Source of the DNA: a virus
Lineage: Duplodnaviria > Caudoviricetes
IMG/VR virus record: IMGVR_UViG_3300037483_001239
Span: 1 to 61,985 of that record
Length of the DNA: 61,985 nucleotides
Reading direction: 5' to 3' (one strand)
In this document: piece after piece, positions 18,098-27,523 of the stretch
Layout of the letters: every line of letters starts with the position of its first letter
How positions within the stretch are numbered: the stretch's first letter is position 1
Made by a program: the position numbers and the translations under genes
Notes under the pieces: model-generated
The model's database searches: none
Seen by the model: the letters and a program-made list of their open reading frames with translations, nothing else
What the model was told of the DNA's origin: nothing

Positions 18098-18903
18098 GCT
18101 CCTGCTTTCGGGGAGAAGATGCTTGGGTTGGACTCGACGAAGAGGTGCCAGGTCCTGGGGAAGTTCTCGGTGATGAGTCGTCCAACCTCGTTCGCGTATT
18201 GACGGATCTCCCACTGAGCGTTCACGGCCATCCGCAGCTTGAGGAAGCCGAGCCAGTTCCGGAGGTCCGTCGACGCCCGCATCCGGCTATAGCGGGCAAC
18301 GGGGACGGGAAGTCGTGCGAGCTCCTTGGGGACGCCCAGGGCGAGGCCCTGTTCGTACACGGTCTGCGCCATGCGATAGACGAGTTCCAGGTCTCGGAGC
18401 CACTGCCTGAACGGCTCCCGCTCCGACGTGAAATGGATGGCCTGCGCTTGCTTGTTCTCGGCCTTGCGGGCGGCGTCGACCCGCTCGAAGAGGGCTTCTT
18501 CCTTCGGGAGGTAGTTGACGTCCGGGAGCGGCGTGTATCGAGCCGACATCTCGTTGTAGGACTGGGTCCGATGGCGGTGCCATTCCCGGAAGACGAAGAT
18601 CGGGGCTTGTACCTCGATTGTCATCCCACACATCTCGAATGGGGTGTGGTGGGAATTGTTCCAGAGGTACGCCAGGAGACGTTCATCGCCAGGCCCGCAC
18701 TCTGGGTCCTTGAGGCAGACCGGACGAGATCGGGACTCCCGGAGGATGTATTCAGGGGCCTGATCCGAGCATCGTTCGGAGTGCTTGGGGCCCCAGCCTT
18801 TGAACCCTTGGCCGGTCGACATCCGCGCCGCCTCGATGATGCGGGAGTCGGAGCCCCAGACCTCGATGAGAGAGACGTAGCCGTGGTCGAGGATGGGAGT
18901 CAT
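18094..18903 (-). CDS. thyX: Flavin-dependent thymidylate synthase
   Basis: HHTPFE, REWHRHRTQSYNEMSARY, AQWEIR. Confidence 0.95.
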   Translation of the reverse strand: MTPILDHGYVSLIEVWGSDSRIIEAARMSTGQGFKGWGPKHSERCSDQAPEYILRESRSRPVCLKDPECGPGDERLLAYLWNNSHHTPFEMCGMTIEVQAPIFVFREWHRHRTQSYNEMSARYTPLPDVNYLPKEEALFERVDAARKAENKQAQAIHFTSEREPFRQWLRDLELVYRMAQTVYEQGLALGVPKELARLPVPVARYSRMRASTDLRNWLGFLKLRMAVNAQWEIRQYANEVGRLITENFPRTWHLFVESNPSIFSPKAGA

Positions 18904-19136
18904 GATGGGAACACCCCCCAGGGGAGGTCCTCCCTTTTCACCATCGCCTTCAAGGCGAGTCGGATGAGATGACGAAGACTCCTGTTCGGGATGACTCCTC
19001 GAGCCTCCAAGTGTTCCACTCCGTCCCGGCACGACGAGTCGACTCGTTGAATCGTCGCGGTTCCGTCGAGGATGTCCCAACGGCCCTTCTTACTGGAGAC
19101 GAGCTTGAGTCTACTGGGCTGCAGCGGTCGGATCAT
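18900..19136 (-). CDS. Hypothetical protein
   Basis: ATGA overlaps on both sides. Confidence 0.5.
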   Translation of the reverse strand: MIRPLQPSRLKLVSSKKGRWDILDGTATIQRVDSSCRDGVEHLEARGVIPNRSLRHLIRLALKAMVKREDLPWGVFPS

Positions 19137-19489
19137 GCCTTCTTCCCTCCATGCCGGTACGGCCTACACTCGTTGTACGCGAGCTTGGTCCGAATCGCCT
19201 TCTCGATGTCGATGACGTTTGCCGCGCAGAGGTCCAGGATCCGGATGAGGGCATCCGCCAGTTCGATAGCGATGCCTTCAGGCTTGACCAGCATGTCGGG
19301 GTCAGGCTCCCAGCGGACTTCGTTGAAGGGATGACCGTTCCGGAACTCTTCCATTGCCTCGGCAAGCTCCGTGCAGACGAGCATCAGCTTCTCGCCGAAG
19401 ACTGAAGGGACGTCGTCCGGTACCTGGCTGTTCCAACCGTGAGCGAGGTTCACGCCGTGGATACGTGTCATGAGCTCGGAGATTGTCAT
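19133..19489 (-). CDS. MazG-like NTP pyrophosphohydrolase
   Basis: TELAEAMEE..IELADALIRILD..KLAYNECRPYRHG. Confidence 0.85.
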   Translation of the reverse strand: MTISELMTRIHGVNLAHGWNSQVPDDVPSVFGEKLMLVCTELAEAMEEFRNGHPFNEVRWEPDPDMLVKPEGIAIELADALIRILDLCAANVIDIEKAIRTKLAYNECRPYRHGGKKA

Positions 19490-20025
19490 GGCCGGCCCAC
19501 GAGCTGCATGAACTCTGCACGTGCTGCCGGGTTGAGGAGGAGAACTCCTTTCATTACCGAGACGACGATGTCACCGTCGGTTCGAACCCCACGGAACCGC
19601 ATGCAACCGTGGACACCGGAGATGACCACCGCGACTCCCTTCGGCTTGAGCTTCTCGTTCAACGCGTTCGCGACGTCGTGGGCGAGGTCCTCCTGCATGA
19701 TCGGAGCGACGAGCTGGTGTTCCACGACTCGTGCGAGCTTGGAGAGTCCGACCGTCAACTCGTTCGGGATGTACCCGACGTGGCACGTGAACTCGACCGG
19801 CTGAAGGTGGTGGGGGCACAGCCCGATCACCTTGTGCCCGCGGAGGAGGACGAGGTCGGAGGACGCCGCTGGGAAGGTGGACCAGTTTGACGGGGCTGGT
19901 CGGAGCATCTCGGCATAGGCCTTCGCCACGCGGCGGGGGGTCCCCTTGTAGTTAGGGTCGGTGAGGTCGAGGCCCATCCCTTTCAGGATGAGCTCCACCC
20001 CTTGGGCCATCATCTTCTGGTTCAC
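19486..20025 (-). CDS. folE: GTP cyclohydrolase I
   Basis: TPRRVAK, LCPHHL, GLSKLAR, QE, HGCMRFRG. Confidence 0.95.
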   Translation of the reverse strand: MNQKMMAQGVELILKGMGLDLTDPNYKGTPRRVAKAYAEMLRPAPSNWSTFPAASSDLVLLRGHKVIGLCPHHLQPVEFTCHVGYIPNELTVGLSKLARVVEHQLVAPIMQEDLAHDVANALNEKLKPKGVAVVISGVHGCMRFRGVRTDGDIVVSVMKGVLLLNPAARAEFMQLVGRP

Positions 20026-20276
20026 ATCTTCTCCTTCTTCTTCTCGGTGGAGTCAGGAACGGTCAAGAGAGCTGCACCGATCATCTGCCGGTGAGTCTCA
20101 TTCGCGGCTGCGAGCCTCTGTGTGCGTCCGAGCCACTCCAGAACCCATACAGAAGCAGCACCGAAGGACGGGAACCCGGAGACCGAGACCGTGTTGTGCA
20201 GCATGACGAAGGCCACGGTGAAGGTCGTTGCGGGAGGAGCGTCTTGTATGATCTTGATCTCGAGGTTCTCAGCCAC
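20022..20276 (-). CDS. Hypothetical protein
   Basis: RBS and overlap packing. Confidence 0.5.
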   Translation of the reverse strand: MAENLEIKIIQDAPPATTFTVAFVMLHNTVSVSGFPSFGAASVWVLEWLGRTQRLAAANETHRQMIGAALLTVPDSTEKKKEKM

Positions 20277-20577
20277 GGCCTTCCTCCCGGCGAACGATTG
20301 TCAATGGTAGAGGCCTCGCAATGTGCCTGCGGTGCCGTCTCTTCCAAGCGCGAAACGTTTCCTCGCGATTGTACATGGGTGGGATCCAGACGCTGTCGCC
20401 GAGCGTCATGCGGCGACGGACCCGATCGAGGCACTCCTGCGCGTCCTTCCCGGAGAGTTCTCGTTCAAGGGATTCGCGACGGTGGACCCGTTCCTCGAGC
20501 TGGACCCGTGCGAGGCAGATCGAGAAGTCGGTCGACACCCTGAAGAGGTTGAGGAACCACGCGATCATCGGGTCCAT
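20269..20577 (-). CDS. Hypothetical protein
   Basis: Operon packing. Confidence 0.4.
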   Translation of the reverse strand: MDPMIAWFLNLFRVSTDFSICLARVQLEERVHRRESLERELSGKDAQECLDRVRRRMTLGDSVWIPPMYNREETFRAWKRRHRRHIARPLPLTIVRREEGRG

Positions 20578-20756
20578 GCCTTTCCGTTCCAGAAGAAGGA
20601 ACCGTGGACAGGACACCGCCCACGAATGACCCGGACAACGGCCTCAGGATCGCAGGTCTGGGTCACGATCTCGAGGCAGGGGAGTACTGGACAGACGAAG
20701 GTCGGAGAGGTGTCCGGGATGTCCTCGACGAGGGAAGGGTTGTTCCTCTCTTCCAT
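20565..20756 (-). CDS. Small Cys-containing hypothetical protein
   Basis: CPVLPC..CPVH. Confidence 0.45.
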   Translation of the reverse strand: MEERNNPSLVEDIPDTSPTFVCPVLPCLEIVTQTCDPEAVVRVIRGRCPVHGSFFWNGKAWTR

Positions 20757-20757
20757 G

Positions 20758-20976
20758 CTATCCCCGCTTCAGGAAGAAGAAGAGGCTCCGGCGAGGAACC
20801 TTCTTCTTGAGGTCGACGGCGGCGGCTGCCGCCCCGAGAAGGGCGAGGCCGGCCTGGTCCCCGATGTCGGGAGAGCGGGGTCTGTTGAAATCGCCACAGT
20901 CGAGGTGGTCTGCGTGTGAGAAGTTGAGATGGGGATTGTCATCCGAGGACCACACTGGCGGAACTTTCCAAGCCAT
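20758..20976 (-). CDS. Hypothetical protein
   Basis: GGAGG RBS, operon packing. Confidence 0.45.
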   Translation of the reverse strand: MAWKVPPVWSSDDNPHLNFSHADHLDCGDFNRPRSPDIGDQAGLALLGAAAAAVDLKKKVPRRSLFFFLKRG

Positions 20977-20979
20977 GTT

Positions 20980-21216
20980 CTACCTCCCCAACCCGATGAT
21001 GTGGGGGTGACGGTGCGGGTGGTTCGGAACATCGACGAGAGCAATGAACTCGCAGGGTTGCCCGGGACGTTCGACGAGCCCCGGAGCGAGTCCGGCCTCC
21101 AGCTTCTGCCGGACCTCTTCCCAGATCTCGTAGAGAGGAACGTGGGGGGTCGTGTACCACGCGTCGGAGTAGTACTTCCCGTTCCGTTTGAAGTACGTCA
21201 GGTGTACGCGCGTCAT
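20980..21216 (-). CDS. Hypothetical protein
   Basis: LTYFKRNGKYYS; ATGA overlap with queE. Confidence 0.6.
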   Translation of the reverse strand: MTRVHLTYFKRNGKYYSDAWYTTPHVPLYEIWEEVRQKLEAGLAPGLVERPGQPCEFIALVDVPNHPHRHPHIIGLGR

Positions 21217-21872
21217 TGCACGTGGAGAATCTTGTGGAGCTGAGCCGATAGGCGGAGCTCCGGGTGATCTCGAATGATGTCGAGGACGAGTCCGAGGTTC
21301 ACCTTGTCGATTTCGTGCGTACCGTTCCGAGGCTGGAGGAAGACGACGCCCTTGCCGGAGCCTGCCCAGCGGAGAGCGTCGGAGATCGTTGGCCAGCCGG
21401 TTCCGGGGCCCGCCGTGTACAGCCCGGGAACGATGACCTTCACCTCATCCGCAATCGCGATGACGTCTTCCCGGAAGCCGGGCTTCGGGCTGACGCAGAT
21501 GTGGACATCGCTGTGCAGGAGTTCTCTCGGAATCGGCTTCGTCCCGGAGGTCTCCAGGTGAAGGACCCCCGGAAAGCGAAGGAACGGAGTCAGGTCCTGG
21601 TCGAGGGGTTCCCCGCCCGTCAAGCAGATGTGATTGTAGATGTCGACCCAGTCGAGGAGGTCCCCCACGGTGAACAGCCCACCACCCCTCCAGGGCATGA
21701 CGTATTCGAAGGCCGTGTCGCACGCGTTGCAGGTCTTCTTCCCGACGGAGCATCCGGAGAACCGGATGAAGGCCATGGGGGTTCCGGTCCAGACCCCTTC
21801 GCCCTGCAGACTCTTGAACTTCTCCGCGATGAGGTAGCGGGGTTCGGGATTGTCATCGGGTTCTGTGTTCAT
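21213..21872 (-). CDS. queE: 7-carboxy-7-deazaguanine synthase (radical SAM)
   Basis: EKFKSLQGEG..FIRFSGC-x6-CxxCDT, TGGEP, SPK, LQP, RLSAQLHK. Confidence 0.93.
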   Translation of the reverse strand: MNTEPDDNPEPRYLIAEKFKSLQGEGVWTGTPMAFIRFSGCSVGKKTCNACDTAFEYVMPWRGGGLFTVGDLLDWVDIYNHICLTGGEPLDQDLTPFLRFPGVLHLETSGTKPIPRELLHSDVHICVSPKPGFREDVIAIADEVKVIVPGLYTAGPGTGWPTISDALRWAGSGKGVVFLQPRNGTHEIDKVNLGLVLDIIRDHPELRLSAQLHKILHVQ

Positions 21873-21885
21873 CGGTTCTCCCTCG

Positions 21886-22335
21886 CTACTCGCTCGCTTC
21901 CGCGATGCCGTTTTCCGTCTCCCAGACGGTAACTTTCGTCAGGTGGACGCCCGTCCCGGCGAGAAGTTCCGGGCCGATCGTTCCGAGAAGGTATCGGGCA
22001 AGGTTCTCCGCAGTCGGGTTCGTGGGCAGGCGGTAGACCTTCTGTCCGGGGATCATCGCCAGTGCCGCGTTCGCCTCGAGGTCTCCATCCCAGATCACAA
22101 AGCCGTGGTCCCAGGCGGTCTCGATCCAGGTTCCGAGCTTCTGCTTGAGCACGCCGAAGTCGATGACCCGGCCGATGGGGTCGAGGGCGGGTTCTACGAG
22201 TGCTTCGTTGACGGCGCCTTCCGCGGTCAGGAAGAAGACGAAGTTGTGGCCGTGAAGGTGCCGACACTTCCCTTCATGGCCGAAGACGCGATGGCCGATC
22301 GCGTACTGGAGACGTCTCGTTGCCGTGATTCTCAC
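21886..22335 (-). CDS. queD: 6-carboxytetrahydropterin synthase
   Basis: GHR..KCRHLHGHN, IDFG, WDH, PTAEN, VWET. Confidence 0.93.
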   Translation of the reverse strand: MRITATRRLQYAIGHRVFGHEGKCRHLHGHNFVFFLTAEGAVNEALVEPALDPIGRVIDFGVLKQKLGTWIETAWDHGFVIWDGDLEANAALAMIPGQKVYRLPTNPTAENLARYLLGTIGPELLAGTGVHLTKVTVWETENGIAEASE

Positions 22336-22484
22336 GGGTGTTCCCCTTTCGCTTCCGCGGCGCGGATCGTCCCGTTGGTGATCGCCCGTTCGAAGACCAG
22401 CTTGAGCTCTTCCTTCCCCCAGCCGGTCTTCACCGCGATCTCCGCGTAGAACTCCTCGCGGATGAACTTGATCAGGTCCCGCAT
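22332..22484 (-). CDS. Small hypothetical protein (50 aa)
   Basis: GGAGG RBS; GTGA overlap with queD. Confidence 0.5.
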   Translation of the reverse strand: MRDLIKFIREEFYAEIAVKTGWGKEELKLVFERAITNGTIRAAEAKGEHP

Positions 22485-22599
22485 CGACTACCTCCACCCT
22501 GTTCCAGACGGAAGACGGATCCTCCCACAGGTCGGCACCCGGACCATAGACCGAATCCGAGTACCAACCTGGAGGAGGCATGGATCCGCGTTTTGCGCC

Positions 22600-23049
22600 C
22601 TACGCGATCAGCTCGAGCCAGGACGCCCCGAACTTCTCCTCCGCGTACATGAGGACGGTCAGTCCCCAGGCGGCAGCTGCGAGATGGTCGTCGGAGGGGT
22701 CCACCCCGGATGTCAGCCGGAGGAGATGCTCGACCAGGTGGTTGTACACGTCCTTGAGAAACGGCCCGGCGGTGTTCCGGCTCTCGAGCGACCTCTTCCA
22801 GTTCCCCTCGCCGTAGGTCTCCGTGCCGAGGGAGTACCGCTGAGCGAGGCGGCGGATCCCCGTTGCCGGGATCGTGTGGTACGCCGGCATGACTGTGGAG
22901 CGCCGGGTTCCCCCTTCGAAGGTGACGGATGAGCCCGTCACCTCCTTCGTCAAGTCCCCGAGTATGCCGGCGGCGGCACCTTCGACTGCCTTCTTGAGTG
23001 GAGCCTCGAGGAATCCCTGCGGTCTCCGCGTCTTCGACTTCTTCGCCAT
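22600..23049 (-). CDS. dATP/dGTP diphosphohydrolase-like protein (DUF5664 type)
   Basis: IPATGIRRLA..G..TYGEGNW..NHLVEH..DHLAAAAW. Confidence 0.8.
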   Translation of the reverse strand: MAKKSKTRRPQGFLEAPLKKAVEGAAAGILGDLTKEVTGSSVTFEGGTRRSTVMPAYHTIPATGIRRLAQRYSLGTETYGEGNWKRSLESRNTAGPFLKDVYNHLVEHLLRLTSGVDPSDDHLAAAAWGLTVLMYAEEKFGASWLELIA

Positions 23050-23074
23050 GATTATCATCCCTCCGTTCAAAAGT

Positions 23075-23369
23075 CCGTTCGTACGAGGGGGCGGATCCGG
23101 TTTTAGTCGCTAGGCCGTGGGAGGACACCTCACGGCTTGCTGGTAAAAGAACGGACCCGCCCTCTCCTACGAACGAACGAAACGAACGAATGGCCGTTTG
23201 CTTTCCACACCCTGGTCGGTCTCGAACCTTCAACCACGGCCAGCTATTAACCCAATAGCCTCAGGACTCTGTGTGGAGCCGTTTGCGCGAGCGTCCCCGG
23301 GTTGTGTGGGGCGTAACCCCCGCCACAGTTGCCCTTCAAGTCCTTTAACGGACTGAAGACCCGGAGGAC
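23075..23369 (-). ncRNA. Candidate structured intergenic RNA (three folded domains)
   Basis: About 290 nt without a credible ORF; several nested inverted repeats. Confidence 0.55.
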
Positions 23370-23792
23370 CTAGCCCTCGAGCGGCATGAACCGTGCGATC
23401 TTGTTCCGGGCGTCGTACCGCTTCCCGTCCTCTCCCTTCTTGGCCGGCTCGATCTGGACGACGGCCGCGCACTCGCGCCCGACCAGCTGATCGGTGTCCT
23501 CGAGCACGTAGTTCTCGTCCTCCCCCGTCACCTCGAGGAGCTGCCGGAGCTTGAACATCCCCTCGCCGGTGAGCATGAGGTTCTCGAAGAGCTTGCGTCC
23601 TTGGAACTCCTCGGCCTCCTCCGGTCCGAAGATCGTGAACTGCGCTTCGGCCATCGGGGACCCGGGGTTCTGGGAACCCGCTCCCGTCTTCTTGAGCGTG
23701 GCCTTGTCGAGGCGGATGTGGTACACCGACTCGGGGACGGGCTCGCTCTTCGGCATGTCGCCGAGACGGGGTGCGTTCGGAATCATCACCAC
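23370..23792 (-). CDS. Single-stranded DNA-binding protein (DUF669-like)
   Basis: PVPESVYHIRL..PMAEAQFTI..GRKLFENL..RNKIARF; follows a Sak4-like gene. Confidence 0.75.
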   Translation of the reverse strand: MVMIPNAPRLGDMPKSEPVPESVYHIRLDKATLKKTGAGSQNPGSPMAEAQFTIFGPEEAEEFQGRKLFENLMLTGEGMFKLRQLLEVTGEDENYVLEDTDQLVGRECAAVVQIEPAKKGEDGKRYDARNKIARFMPLEG

Positions 23793-23833
23793 TTGGGATA
23801 CCCTACCTTTCGATTGTCAAACGACACGTTGTC

Positions 23834-24688
23834 CTAGGACTGCTCCTCCTTCTTCGAGGGGGTTTCCGTCCCCTCCTCCGTCCCTCCGGGAGCAAGCAGA
23901 GGGAAGACGGTCTGGTCGCCGGTCATGTACTTGATGAGAGCCCCGATGTCCGGCAAGCATCGGGCTGGGAGAGGCTTGAGGTCTTCCGGAAGGCGGACCC
24001 GTGCGGGGGCGCCTCCCTCTCCTCGCGTGATCATCCGGAACTTTCCACCGACGACTCGAAGGCGGACCGTGGCATCGGGCCAGCCCGGGAGTTCCCGCGG
24101 GAGCTTCTGTCCGGGGAGCTCCGGCGCTGCGAAGGTGGGCTCTTCTCCTCCTCCGAAGAGGCCTTCACGGGCGATGATGTAGAGGTGACAGTGAAGGTCG
24201 AAGAGCTCCTTGTAGAGCTGGCGCCCCTTCTCCGCGAGGTAGCCGTAGGCGGTGCGAGGGTCCTTTCCTCCGCCTTTCTCCGTCGGTCCGTGGAGATCCT
24301 TCCAGCCTTTCATCTCCATGTACTTCTCGAGGGGCATCTCCCCCCACTGCGTGATGCTGTCTAGCGTGACCGCCCCGAATTCCGTCCCGTCGTACTCGAC
24401 CTTTCCGGGCTTGCGTTTCAGCGCACGGATGACATCGAGAAGCTCGGTGTGACTCGTGACGGTGACAAAGGGGATGTCTGACGACGCCAGAGACAGGAGC
24501 CCCTTCGTCTCTCCCAGCTCCGTCGCGAGGATGAGAGGGGACATCTTGTGGTCGACGAGGGTCCGGATGCTTCGGGTCTTTCCGGCTCCCGCCGGCCCGT
24601 AGGCGAGAACCGTCCCGAAGGTCGCCTTCAGGAGGGAGGTCCTGGAGAGGACCGGCAGTTTCTTCGTGCTCGGAGTGAATGCGCCCAT
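23834..24688 (-). CDS. AAA_24 / Sak4-like recombination ATPase
   Basis: YGPAGAGKT; VTLDSIT. Confidence 0.85.
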   Translation of the reverse strand: MGAFTPSTKKLPVLSRTSLLKATFGTVLAYGPAGAGKTRSIRTLVDHKMSPLILATELGETKGLLSLASSDIPFVTVTSHTELLDVIRALKRKPGKVEYDGTEFGAVTLDSITQWGEMPLEKYMEMKGWKDLHGPTEKGGGKDPRTAYGYLAEKGRQLYKELFDLHCHLYIIAREGLFGGGEEPTFAAPELPGQKLPRELPGWPDATVRLRVVGGKFRMITRGEGGAPARVRLPEDLKPLPARCLPDIGALIKYMTGDQTVFPLLAPGGTEEGTETPSKKEEQS

Positions 24689-24689
24689 G

Positions 24690-25145
24690 CTACGCCTTCC
24701 CTTCCCTTCTGAGACGAATTGTCTCGTCGTACCGCATGTGGCGGTCAGGCGTCCACGAGCGGGATTGTCCGTCGGACATGCGTTGACACTCCTCTACGGG
24801 GCGAATCTTCCCCTTCCACGAGCAGTTCTCACCGATCCGCCGTCTCGTCTCTTCTGATCGACTTCGTCCTGAGTCGATATTCAAGAGAGGAACTCCACGG
24901 TCTCGGAGTCTTACGGTGAGCTTCTCTTCGGTCGAGTCTGCCTGTGTATCTTCCAATGCTGCAAGAACTCGAAGCTCGGGACGAATCCCCAGGCTTCTAA
25001 GTTCTTCTATCCAGGCCCGAAGTTGGTCATTGTCCCACCGCGCTCGAGAGCAGTGCCAGTTCAGGCGATCCCACGGACGGGAAGACTGTCCGACCCAACG
25101 AGCCTCCTTCGTTCGTGGGTCAACGAGCAGGTATAACCACTTCAT
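24690..25145 (-). CDS. GIY-YIG-type homing endonuclease with NUMOD3 repeats
   Basis: WLYLLVDPR..WVGQS..RL..H; LLN; SEETRRRI. Confidence 0.8.
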   Translation of the reverse strand: MKWLYLLVDPRTKEARWVGQSSRPWDRLNWHCSRARWDNDQLRAWIEELRSLGIRPELRVLAALEDTQADSTEEKLTVRLRDRGVPLLNIDSGRSRSEETRRRIGENCSWKGKIRPVEECQRMSDGQSRSWTPDRHMRYDETIRLRREGKA

Positions 25146-26054
25146 TCCGCGCTCTTCCGCTTCCTGAGTAGCTCACTCGCAGAATCAACGTAGTCGGGCT
25201 TCCTCTTGTTGAAGACTGCCCGTCGAGTCGGCGTGTCCTTCAGGCAGAGGTCCCGGAAGTCGCAGGGTCTCCCCCACTTGAAGCACGACTCCGTGTTCTT
25301 CGGGAAGACGATCTTCCAGTCTTCACCTGCGTTCACGCGAGCGAGTTGGGCTTCGATCCTCTTCCCGTACTCGACGAACTCGAGTTCGAACTCGGCGAGT
25401 TCCTCGTCTGTCCGCGTGAAGGTTTCCCGCGCGAACTGTGGAGTCTGGGTCTTGACGAGAAGGTCGATGATCGCGCCCTGGACCCGGATGGGCTCGCCCC
25501 CTGCCTTGACGGATTCATCCGTGAGGAGTCGGCTGAGGCCGTAGGTATAGCATGTCAACTGGAGGTCGAGCTCGTACTTCAGGAGGTCCCGCGGATCCAT
25601 CTTCCCCGCGGTCTTGTAGTCGACGAGGTACAGGGCGCCTTTGACCATCGAGAGGTTGTCGGCCCGTCCGATAAGGAAGACGCCCGTTGCCCCTCCAACC
25701 TCGACGAGGAACTCGATCTCCTGGTTCAGGGGGGACCACAGGTCTTCCTCGTCCCGCCAGTGGTCGTGATACGCCTGGATGAGGCCGACTCCAGTGGCAG
25801 TTGCCTGGGGGAGGGAAACGTCTTCGAAGACGAGTCGGGGCCCGGCCTGCTTCTTGAGGCTCTCCTCCGTGACCTTCTTCGCGGTTTCGACCGACCCGGA
25901 CGAGTGGAGGCTAGCAAGGCCCTCGTGGACAGCAATGCCGATGGATGGCGCGCCTCGCCGGAGAGGAGACTCGAGACCTTGGATGCGTTGCCAGCCGTAG
26001 AGACGATTGCACTGGAGGTATGCCTTAAAGACTCGACTGATTGAGAACGATCAT
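25142..26054 (-). CDS. Cas4-like PD-(D/E)XK exonuclease; needs a +1 shift at CTT TAA (26030-26025)
   Basis: MIVLNQSSL|KAYLQCNR..GIAVH..GRAD..VDYKT..QLTCY..C-x6-C-x5-C. Confidence 0.8.
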
Positions 26055-26070
26055 CGTCGGATCTCCTTCA

Positions 26071-26577
26071 CTAACTCCGAATGCGGATGACTTTCCAGCC
26101 GAGCCCACGGAGTTTGGAATCACGGATCCGATCACTTTCAGCGGTTCCGTAATGTCCTACCCCGTCCAACTCGATGTCGACTTTCGCGTCGGGATGCGCG
26201 AAGTCGCAGACAGCAAGATTGCTTCTACCTGGACTGAGAATGACTATGACCTCTCGGATGAAGCCCGCCGGACAGAGGACTGTTGCGTACGCCTCCCCGT
26301 CCTCACCTCCTGTTAAGTTACGCCGTGCCGTGGCGGAGAGGGCTCTTCGCGTTTCTTCGGAGTGATGCTTTCCAGTCATCCCACCGGAGTACCAGTACTT
26401 CTCCGCACGGGTCTGTGTAGTCGCTTCTGAAAGAAAGCGTCGAGTCTCTTCAGAAACCTGTCTTCCTTGCAGCGCTTCCGAGATCCGCCGCTTCGACTCC
26501 TCGGACTGGAACCAGGTACCCACAGGCCGGCTTGAATGCCTTCCGCAGGTGCACCCGGGTTCGCATGGTCGACTCAT
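26071..26577 (-). CDS. NUMOD3 + DUF559/Vsr-like homing endonuclease
   Basis: Repeated SEETRR; GKHHSEE; DF..IELDG..H..RD..L..GWKVIRI. Confidence 0.8.
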   Translation of the reverse strand: MSRPCEPGCTCGRHSSRPVGTWFQSEESKRRISEALQGRQVSEETRRFLSEATTQTRAEKYWYSGGMTGKHHSEETRRALSATARRNLTGGEDGEAYATVLCPAGFIREVIVILSPGRSNLAVCDFAHPDAKVDIELDGVGHYGTAESDRIRDSKLRGLGWKVIRIRS

Positions 26578-27188
26578 TCGAGAAACCTCTTTGCGAGGGC
26601 GATCGACATTCGAACGTCGACAAGAGCGTCGTGGGCACCTTCGGTGGGAATGGCGAAGTGCGTACAGAGCGAGCTCAGGCCGAAGCTCTCCGGGCGTTCG
26701 AGTTCCGGGTGCCGCTCGAAGAACCACGTCGCTCCCTGAAGGGTGTCCAGGACTCCCTGGCGAAAGATCGGGGAGTAGAGCTGGAGACGGGTGAACGCCC
26801 CGGTGACCCGTTCCAGGTCGAACCCGAGAACGTTGTGTCCACCGACCCGAGCGAGGGAGAAGCCCCGGCCGCTTCGTGCGGAGCGCCGTTCGAGTGTGGC
26901 GTGTGCCTCGAGAAACCTCTTGAACGAGGAGAAGGCGTCACGTTCGTCCCGGGCGGTGGAAGCCCAGACGTCTTTGTCATACGAGTTGATCTGGAGGGCC
27001 TTCGGCTCGCAGACGTTCGGGTCGAACTTGATCTTGACTTCGAACGACGCAACCTCGGAGAACGCGTCTCGAAGGTCGACGGCGACCGCCGCGATCTGGA
27101 TGATTGGATCCGAGACCTGGAGGCCTCCGGTCTCGATGTCGAGGAAGACTGCTTCGTGACGCTTTACTTCCGGGCTAGCCATTGTCAT
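26574..27188 (-). CDS. DEDDh 3'-5' exonuclease (DnaQ-like)
   Basis: LDIETGGL, GHNVLGFD, LDT, HDALVD. Confidence 0.9.
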   Translation of the reverse strand: MTMASPEVKRHEAVFLDIETGGLQVSDPIIQIAAVAVDLRDAFSEVASFEVKIKFDPNVCEPKALQINSYDKDVWASTARDERDAFSSFKRFLEAHATLERRSARSGRGFSLARVGGHNVLGFDLERVTGAFTRLQLYSPIFRQGVLDTLQGATWFFERHPELERPESFGLSSLCTHFAIPTEGAHDALVDVRMSIALAKRFLE

Positions 27189-27523
27189 CGATCTCTCCTG
27201 AAGCGGAAAACGGGTCGGTTCTTCGCTTCAGGATTGGGACGAGAAGCCCCGGTGCCCTCGGGCACCATTTCCCGGGTGCGAGAACCGACAAGAGAACCCT
27301 GTCGCGGTACGCCCTTCACGCGCTCACTGCGTGCGGCCTCCACCGCTTCACGTTCGAGCTTGCGGAGAACGGCATACGCCTGTGCGGACGAGTCGTAGAC
27401 ATGGAGCTCTCCGCGGAGCCGTGCAGCCTCGCCCTGTGCAGTCTGGACCTGGACCACGCGGAGCTCTCCGTAGCCGTTGTCCCGGAGGAGATAGAGCATG
27501 CCGGGCGTGCGGGTTGCTACCAT
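27185..27523 (-). CDS. Hypothetical protein
   Basis: Operon packing. Confidence 0.5.
   Translation of the reverse strand: MVATRTPGMLYLLRDNGYGELRVVQVQTAQGEAARLRGELHVYDSSAQAYAVLRKLEREAVEAARSERVKGVPRQGSLVGSRTREMVPEGTGASRPNPEAKNRPVFRFRRDR

Noticed and set aside
23180-23280. tRNA gene suggested by GGTTCGAGACC
   Set aside because: No acceptor, D or anticodon arm geometry of a cloverleaf; kept only as part of the ncRNA candidate
25142-26054. CRISPR-associated Cas4
   Set aside because: Stand-alone phage Cas4-like exonuclease within a Sak4/SSB recombination module; no array or other cas genes
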